Source of the DNA: Guillardia theta CCMP2712
Taxonomy: Eukaryota > Protista > Cryptophyta
Assembly (NCBI RefSeq): GCF_000315625.1
Contig: NW_005434644.1
Span: forward strand, 62,077-126,076
DNA length: 64,000 bases
Reading direction: 5' to 3'
Shown in pieces: positions 50,877 through 64,000 of this stretch. The notes beneath the pieces are model-generated. The model did no database searches and was not told where the DNA came from. It saw only the letters and a program-made list of their open reading frames with translations. Made by a program: the position numbers and the translations under genes. Within the stretch, counting starts at the first letter, position 1. Every line of letters begins with the position of its first letter.

Positions 50877-51855
50877 GGAGTCCACTGGCATTTTATAGAG
50901 CACCCTTCATCTTCGAAATGAGTGAAATTCCATGAGGGCAAAACTACACACCCCATGCCCCACCCACCCCTACCTCCTTCTCTCCTACAAACCCACCCTG
51001 CCCACCCCCATCACCCCTCTCAAATAAAAGGACATTTTACAAGAGACCCTACCGGGATCTTTCTGGAGTCCAGTTCGAAACAGAGGGGGGTAGGGTACGG
51101 TAAAACTTCTAATAAAATTAACGATAGTACGGAGGTGGGGTGTGTTAATCAGGAAAATGGGGGGTGAGGGTTCCCAAGAGGCCGTACAGGCTGTTCTAAA
51201 AATGAGCCAGTTTTAACTTAAAAAGGTTTTAATCCTTGCAAGTTTTTAGTTAATGAGCTCCATGGCGGAGCGCCGGTGGAATGCAACTTGATAGAGGGAG
51301 GGGAGGGAGGGGAGGGAGGGGAGGGAGGGGAGGAGGAGGTTGTTACAGATGGGGCTCGACAAGAATTTTGACTGAGTGCAGGAGAGCTGGTGAGGTAGCA
51401 GGTTATAGTGGTAGGGAAAGAGGCAGGGTAAGCAAAGCGGTTGATATCACTATAGAACAGAATTTAACCGCAGGAAGCGTAACGCGGGGAGCGGTAGGCG
51501 TTGAAGGGAAGGTGGATTGGATAGTGAGGAGATAAGATCACATACATGTGGCACACAGCTGGAGATGAAGTTAGGCCTAGAGGGGTCTTACTGTATGTAG
51601 GAACGATGTTGGGAACACACCTTAGTTGATATCGAGTTTACTTCCTCTGGGTTGCCAGTGACCCCGCATAGATTGAATTTGAGAACACACGCTGTGACAT
51701 TTGAGAGTTTTGGTACCACTCCACTTGAGGAAGGCACTGACCTAGCCATGCATCATTGACACTTCGTCCTGGTTGATATCAACTGACAATCTTGCACCAG
51801 GTGCTTTAACCTGAACTTGCATGGCCATCGTTTCCTGATCACCCTGTGCTCAACA

Positions 51856-53350
51856 ATGTCACTGCCATTTTCTGTTCATTACTTTGACTCGGCTGTCGAG
51901 CCATCCAGTCCATCTCCTCCGAACCTTTACGCCTCCAAGAGCGACAAGGTAGAAGGCAAGTCCTGTAGCAGGTGCAGGAGCCACAAGATCAAGTGCGATC
52001 GCTACCGGCCGTGTGGGAAGTGCCTGAGGGTGGGCGCCGCATCGGACTGCGATGCGATCCGAGACATGACGACCTGTCTTATCTGCAAGCGAGCGAAGCT
52101 CAAGTGTGACCGGCAGCGACCTTGTGCCTCCTGCATCCGTCGGGGGAAGGAGAAGCACTGCATCAACAGCGACGGCTTCCAGGCGCTAGTTGAGCAGACA
52201 CAGCAAGCAAGCATGATCGATCGCCCGCTGCCCTTGAGCCTGTCGATGATCATCAAAGATATGCCCCTGCCCGACCGAGACGCCAAGACAGGCTTGTTCG
52301 GTCCGTTCATCATGCGCGTCTCTCGTTCGGGGTACAAGCCCACAGTCATGCAGTACATGTTGAACTCGATGGGGACAGAGCTGCGGTCGGTCTTGCACGA
52401 CATCTTGGAGGCGGTGTTGCTGCTGCAAGGGTCGCAGACCTCAAAGAGACTTGACAGAGTCTGCTTCCAGGACTTCCAGCCGATACAGCCAGTCTTGAAC
52501 ATGGAGGACAAGGACGATAGCGTGAACATCTGCGATGCCTTGAGCCTGGATAGATGTCGAGACGCGGTCGGGTGCTGGAAGGTCTTCTGGGCACCAGGAG
52601 CGAACGACCGCGAGCAGATTCAGATGAATGCTGCGTTGGGAAAGCTGATGAATCGAAACCCGGAGGAGCTGCTGGCGCGAGCGGGGTCGAGCGAGTGGGA
52701 CTTCCCGTCCTCGGACATCGAGTTTCTCTGCCTTATCTTGGACGACATCTTAGGAGCGATGGACGACAAAATTTTCCGCTATCACAGGCTATGCAGGAAA
52801 TCGAGGACGGGGCAGCTGGAAGAGTCGTTCCTAGTGCGGGTCCTGTCCACGAAGGAGAGGGACTTGACCGGCAAGGTCGTGTCCACAACCAACGTGGTGG
52901 AGGTGATCAGTCCTGAGGAGTGGGACAGGATACACGCTGATCCGAAGCGCCGGTACTGCTGCTGCTGCTCCCCTCCCTCGCCTCGCACTTGCTGCCCAAC
53001 CTCTCCCTGGCTCCGCTACTTTGACTTGCGATCTCAGGAAAATCTACATCCAACTCCGCGAGTTTCTCGACAACGAGGTTCCAACGGGGGAGGAGCTACT
53101 GAGCGAGCACATTCGTGATCAGGTTCGTCTTGCTTTGAGTACCTCCTTGCTCCTCAAATGTACATGCCAGCTCTTCTCGGAGCACTTCGCAGCTCTGAAT
53201 CAGTCCTCTGAGGGGCAGCTGAAGCTTGCAAGGGTTGCGGAGTTCTTAAGGCAACGCTTCCAGCAAATCATCTCGCTGGCCAGCATGAAGAAGCAGGCGA
53301 TGTTGGCCCATGGCCGAGCGATTGCTGCACAGCAGGCGAGCAGAGCATGA
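51856..53350 (+). CDS. Transcription factor with two tandem Zn(II)2Cys6 clusters
   Basis: CSRCRSHKIKCDRYRPCGKC..C and CLICKRAKLKCDRQRPCASC..C, each C-x2-C-x6-C-x5-C-x2-C-x8-C; two short 3' introns. Confidence 0.88.
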
Positions 53351-53569
53351 AGGTGAGGAGAGGGAAGAAGGTTTGATCTGAGAAGTGAGTATATCAATTG
53401 AAGTTTTTGTGAATTTTGACCCATGAGCGTCTGGTTAGTCCATCAGCCACGCATGCGGTGGTTGTCCCTGCCCTCCTGACAGCATAACTTCACATGTGAT
53501 CACCGCCAGCGCGCCACACTCCTCCCCCCTCCCCCCCGTCCGGATCATTCCCCTCCTGTTCCTCCTTCT

Positions 53570-53735
<166 letters not shown>

Positions 53736-54769
53736 ACTCTCTATTTCCCGCTTCCTCCTCCTCCTCCTGCTCATTCTCATTCTCACCGCGAGCATTTGAC
53801 AACACGTGTTGCGCTGCCAGCTTCACACTGAACGAGGTTCGAGGGTCTGCAATTTTGGCCTGGAGTAAGGAAGATGAGATGGAGATTGGCAGAGAAAGAG
53901 AAGATGAGAAGAGAACGAGAGGGACAAGGAGGAGAAGCAGAGAGGGCGAGAGAGAGGGAGAGGGAGGGGGNNNNNNNNNNNNNNNNNNNNNNNNNNNNNN
54001 NNNNNNNNNNNNNNNNNNNNNNNNNNNNNNNNNNNNNNNNNNNNNNNNNNNNNNNNNNNNNNNNNNNNNNGGTATCGAGGTCGGGGGAGAGGGGGTTGGG
54101 AAGGAGTTTACATTGAGGGGCGTGATATCGACTGCTGCTTCATTGATAGCAAGTCGTGACATGAACCTGGGCAGACTTTGAGCCAGACAAGCAAAAGAAA
54201 ACCAAATGAGAAGCAGATGGAAGAGGAAAGGATCGAAATGGAAAAACAATCGAGTACAAAATGAGATTGAAGAGGCAACTTGGTTGCGATACTTGAAATG
54301 CAGATGTCGTCAGAGCATGACAAAGAGCAGAAGCAGGAGCATAGCAATAGAAGCAGGAGCAGGAGCAGGAGCAGGAGGAGCAGGAGGAGCAGGAGGAGCA
54401 GGAGGAGGAGAAACAGAGAGGAAGATCAGCACGAACCTGCATGCCAGAAGCTGGATGAAGGCGTCCGGCCGGGAGAGAAAGGGAAAAGTAGCCTCCACCA
54501 GCCTCCTAGGCCAACAAGAGAGACGAGGAGGAGGTCAGAGAGAAAAGAAGAGGAGAAACCGAAGGATCTCGGAGGATCTCGGAGGATCTTGGAGGATCTT
54601 GAAGGATGGAAGCGGATCAATAAGAAAGAGGAGAGGATGCTGGAAGGATGTTGAGTGAACAAGGGATGGTGGTGGTTGATGTGATGCCGTTGGTACATGA
54701 GCAGAAGCAGAAGTAGGAGCTGGAGCTGGAGCTGGAGCTGGAGCTGGAGCTGGAGCTGGAGCTGGAGCT

Positions 54770-54833
<64 letters not shown>

Positions 54834-54843
54834 AAGAAGCAGC

Positions 54844-54881
<38 letters not shown>

Positions 54882-54887
54882 AAGAAG

Positions 54888-54923
<36 letters not shown>

Positions 54924-54991
54924 GAGGAGAAGCTCTCACGGGTCATCTCTCTTCAGCTCGCCTCGCTCTGCCCTCAGACTGCATGTCAAAG

Positions 54992-57900
54992 TCACTCTTG
55001 CTCGTGTCTCTGCTGGGCTCTTCCACACCTCAGCTTTCTCAGCTCGTCCTTGAGCTGAGAGTCATTGAGCTGCTCCCACCCTCTGATCTCCCCCAGCAGC
55101 TTCTCCTGCTCAAAGTTTTCCTGCTCCACTCGCCAAGCCATCCTGCATTTGCAGCTTTCAGCGGCTTTGCCGGCAACCCCGCCCAATACCTCCTCTCCCT
55201 CCTCCTCTCCCTCCTCCTCTCCCTCCTCCTCTCCCTCCTCCTCTCCCTCCTCCTCTCCCTCCTCCTCGCCTCTTTCTCATGCTCTCATCCTCTCCTATTC
55301 TGCGCCACCTGTCCACTCTTGTCTCGTTGAGCCTCCGCCCGCCTGATGAGGACGAGGAGCCGAAGAGTGAGAAGTCAACGAGCGCAAGGCAGTCGCCGAG
55401 CTGGGAACAGCAGACAGCTGGGCAGCAGCTGCAGGCTCGGAATGGCGGCGAGGGACGACAGGACCCTGTCAAAGTCGAGTTGACAAAGAAGTTCAGCTGA
55501 CAAGTCTGCTGGTCGAGTATCAGCTGGACTTTGACCCGATCTCCCTGTCCGAACTGCTTCCCCGTGTCCACCAAGATCTGATCCCCTGACTGAGAGAGGA
55601 GGAGAGGAACAAGAGAGGTGAAGAGGAGAAGAGGGAGGGGAAGCAAGGGGACAACGGGAGGCGAACGAGAGAGGAAGGGATGGCAATAGTCATCAACTCG
55701 ATTACTGTGATTATCATGATCTCACCCGGATCATCCCTGTGTGTGAGATGTACCTAACGTTTGAACATGTCACTCAACAGCAAGCATGCATAAATGTACT
55801 GAATCACCGCAACAGTTGAAAACATTCCCTTCTTCCCAAATGCTTTCTACATTGCGAAACCCGATCCCCGCCCACCCCGCCCCCGCTTCAACCAACCTCT
55901 ACTCATTCCCTCTCGTGCCTTCGCCTCTCCACTCATCATCCTTTCTGTCCTCCATGCCAGGCACTTTCACCTTCTCAGGAGAGCAGAGAATGTCAACTCA
56001 CCATGTCCGATTGCGAAGCGTATGCGACAACCAGCAGGCGTTGAGATTCAGATCAGCATCCATCATTCCAATAAAAGCACCGCCATGATCCTTCTCATTA
56101 CTATTAGCAAAGCACACCAACACAACATGTGAGGTGGAGACAACTGGCACAGATTATATGTGAAGCAAATCGCCTACAACCTTACCAGACAACAGAACAG
56201 ACGAGAAACAACAGCAGACACCCAGCTCAGAGATTGGAAGGTAGACCGTGAATCATCTCACCTGGATCACAAGAAATTCCCACATGTGACTCCCCGTCTC
56301 CAGTCCTGCGCCTGCTGTCATCGGAGCAGGCAACCAGCGACGGGCTACCGCCATCGACCATGGCGGCGGCGAACTCATTCTTGGTGTTGACAAGTAAGTT
56401 GTTCCTGACATGAATGCTCTTGGACCACTTCCTCCAAGTACAAGCTTCTCCTGCTCGCCCCGACCCCACAGGAGGATGCGTAGTAGCCGCTGCTTCGTCC
56501 TCCACGCAGCAGACGCGCTCCACCCAATGCTCAGAAGTCACCCACATCTGAGAGACTTGGAGGAGGCAACACAACACTTGGCTCGTCACTCTCTCGCAGA
56601 TTTCATCCACCATCGAGTCCCATCTCGACCGTGAGGCTGCCTCATCCTTCTCTAGCTCCACTGACCTCACCACCTCTCCCGCACTCCCTCCACCGCTGCT
56701 CGACCCTTGCTTGTCGCCATCGGAGGTCTCGCCCTGACTGCTCCCTCCTCCTCCCAGCAGCTCCTGCTTCACCACACACACAAGACACCGTCTGCACGAG
56801 CACTCGTCGTAGAGACATAGCGCGTGGCTGAAGGAAAAGTGATTCACCGCTCGATCCCAACAGTGCAGATGACACGGGAGCAACTCAGGACGGTCATGGG
56901 AGGCTGAGCCAACTTGGAGCTTTGTAGCAGAGCAGGCGCCTCGAGGAAACAGACTGGAGGTATGCAGAGATATCGAGTCCCTCCAATCCAGTAGGCTAAC
57001 ACAGAAACACACCAACTTCTCTCGACCCTGCGGCGCACTGATGCAACTGCCCAACTCCAGCCCGTTCCTCCAGAGCTGAATCTTCCCCTGCCAACTTCCC
57101 AGGTCATACGCGCATGAAACTCCGACACACAACTTTGTCAGCCCTCCACCTCCTTCTCTCCTTCACTTTCGCCCCTCTTCGTCCCTTTTCGTCCCTCTCT
57201 CCCTCCCCCCCGCCCCTCCCTCTTCCCTCTTCCCTCTTTGTTTTCCCCTTCCACTCTCTGCTCCTCACCGTATCGCAGCAGTAGGCGAGGTGAATGAATT
57301 CTCCTTCTTCCAGACATCGCTGCGGCTCCTTCGCCCGCGCCGGCGCGTCGTCCGCCACTGTCCTACTTTCATCGTTGGTGAGCAGGTCTCCATTCATTCT
57401 CATCGTCATGTCACAAGTGTTGACATAGATGATCTTGCAAGCTTCTGTCCAGTCGCGCTCCCCACCTGCTGCCCTCCTCTGATCCCACCAGTCGAAGTTC
57501 ATCCCGTGCTGGATCTGAAACGCCTGCGATCCCAAGGATAAGAAGGGAAGTTGAGGAGGAGAAAGATAAGAAAAAAAACGAAAGTGAAAATCAGTGCTGA
57601 TAGAAAAGGAGGAAAGAGGTTGGTGGCGGGGGGAGGGGGAGGGAGAACAGGAGAAAGAGGAGGAGGGGGAGAAGGAGGAGGAGGTGGTGGTGGTCGTGGT
57701 GGTGGCATTACGAGCCAAGGACAGTGGGTTTGCAGGGACAAGATACCTGCGGCTCAACATCCAGGAACGCAAATCCCAGTCTTATCCCACTCCGCGACAA
57801 GTTTTCTATCCGAGCAAACAGAACGACATGGCCCTCTGTCTCGTCCGAGATGATCGAGCCGAACGCTGAGCTCCAGCCTCCCTTGTCCTCCTCCTTCACC

Positions 57901-58356
57901 AGCCTGTTCGACCCCGATTGCTGTACCAAAGCTTCGCTCATCACACTCCATATCCTCCTCTCAGCTTCCAGCCCATTTCCTTGGACTGTGTGCAGCCTGT
58001 GGCTGTGGATGTCGAGATATCTCACCTGAGACGGCATCGTCAGCATGTTTCTCGCGAGCGCATGCGATCGCTACGAGGTGGTTCCCCTCGTCGACCACAA
58101 AGACTCCATGCTCGTCCATCGACCTGTCGAGACGACAGGTGTCACTGAAAGGAGGGCAGGTGTCATACGTCAAGGGCTACCGGAACACAAGGGTTGGCCG
58201 ATACAGCAGAGACTCCTCCGCCCCTCCGTCCCTGCATCCCTTCCTCCCCCTCTGACCGGCAACGATCGCCATATCTCTTGCATTCTTGGCCTCGAGCACA
58301 ACATGAAGGTAGGGATCAGGGAAGATCCTCCTCCCATCGATCTCCACAGACGTCAT
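54992..58356 (-). CDS. Hypothetical protein with an NHL-like repeat and two SPRY-like domains; may extend further 3'
   Basis: VAGQRGRKGCRDG..LYRP..VFVVDEGNHLVRYLD (NHL-like); VGVSCAYDL..KIQLWRNGLELG..FCVSL and FGQGDRVKVQL..LNFFVNS..PAVC (SPRY-like). Confidence 0.55.
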
Positions 58357-58449
58357 CGCATCTTTCGCTCCTCCTGCATCCTAACCCCGACCATCTCGCG
58401 TTGCGGCCGCTCGACCAGCACTGCCATATCCAGATCCCTGTTGCTCTGA

Positions 58450-59190
58450 GCCTGCCCCAGCCACCGGCCGCCGGGCCGGGCCCCGGCGGCCCGGGCGGCA
58501 CCGGAGCCTGGGCCGCCCTGCCGGCCCGGGCCGCTTCCGAAGTTCCGACCGTCCGATCGGCGATCAGTCGGAACGGTTACTAGGTTCAGTGCACTGGCAC
58601 TCGGGCCCTCTGACCGGGCTCGCGGGCCCAGCGCCAGAGGTTGTGAGTCATGACAATGTTTACTAGTTACTCAAAGTTAAGTCCGAGTGACTGTCGCCGG
58701 GAAATTAGTCATCGTCGGCGCCCGGAAGGCTTCACCCAATTGCACGCAGTACCATCCGAGCCGCCGCCGCCGCGCGGCCCCGCCGCCGCCGATTATTATG
58801 CGACCCCCCGCCATGCGGTCCCCCACTCGGAGTAATCGGATTGATCGCACTCAATGGCCGCGGCCCGGCCCCGCGGCCGCGCCGGGCGGCGAAGCCTGAA
58901 GGCCCGCGGGGATGCCAGAGACGCTGGACCGGATCTCATTGGATGCCAATGCCCGGGCCCGCCCCCCGGTGGCCCGTTTCCCGACGGTCACCGGGCCCGG
59001 CCGGTCCGACCGTCGCCGGGACCGGGCCCGGGGGCCCGGGCGCGGCCGCTTTCAATGAACTCGGACTTTCAATTGTCCTCCGAAGTACGGTACTGAGTGA
59101 TTTTTCACTTAACTCGGACCAGGCTCTCACCGGCCCGCCCCAGCGCCAGCCTGATGAGTGTCGGGTGTCACTAATAGGGCGTATCAAATA
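58450..59190. promoter_or_regulatory. GC-rich intergenic island between divergent genes
   Basis: Dense GGCCCGG. TTACTCAAAGTTAAGT at 58667-58682, an inverted variant at about 59096-59114, and TCCGATCGGCGAT at 58552. Confidence 0.45.
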
Positions 59191-59721
59191 TTAGCAGCCC
59201 TAGGACCTGCCCCTAGGTCCATAGGACAATCAATTAACATACACTAGCGTTTTGTGATGCTAGGACCCCCTCCGTAGGTACTTCCTAAGGCCCCTTGTCC
59301 TAAATCATAGTGAAACAGGGAGTGAAACATATCATGTGGGTGGGTGGGGGTCCCGGGTAGATCAACTGTAGGGGTGGGTACGTGAAGTGGAAGTAGGGGT
59401 TGTGACTGGAAATGGAAGGGGTGATAGAATGCATCACATTGGGGGTGGGGTCATGAACTTCCTGGGGTAGGGGCACCACCATGGACCAACATTTTTCAAG
59501 CGGTTGATCAAAGTTTCGGCGAAATGCGGGTGCTGAAGGAGAGAGGAAAGATGGCGGCGGCGGAGGAGGGAGGAGGATCTGAAGATCGGGGAAGCAGGGA
59601 GGATCAAGATCGATGTGATGAGTCGTGGAAGCTGCTGCGGCGAATCTTCTCAAAGGTATAGCTCTGTTGACTCGGAGGCCCTGGGATGCTTTCGGATTTC
59701 AAGTGCTAACTACTTCAAGGC

Positions 59722-64000
<4,279 letters not shown>

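Overview
Eukaryotic, GC-rich, gene-dense draft-assembly window with short or microsatellite-stuffed introns and six N-gaps. The style suggests a cryptophyte such as Guillardia theta; this is inference. About 14 spliced genes can be followed: a two-PDZ protein, a survivin-like single-BIR protein, an orphan with a duplicated domain, DNMT2, a small membrane protein, CstF-64, a Sel1-repeat protein, a probably plastid-targeted YbaK/OB/3'-5' exonuclease/DUF3427-like multidomain protein, a dual glycosyltransferase, a long coiled-coil protein, BCKDH E2 (DBT), a tandem Zn2Cys6 factor, an NHL-SPRY-SPRY protein and an unknown gene running off the right end. The largest feature is an intact, very young 9.1-kb Ty1/copia LTR retrotransposon (40883-50015; 490-bp LTRs differing at one base; GTTAA target-site duplication). 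It is atypical in four ways: it has TG...TA ends, its Gag has no zinc knuckle, it has no tRNA primer-binding site but a perfect 28-bp palindrome plus a competing repeat at that position (candidate tRNA-independent, fold-back priming), and it inserted inside a conserved motif of a recurring GC-rich intergenic 'island' family. Exon boundaries were read by eye and are approximate unless stated otherwise.
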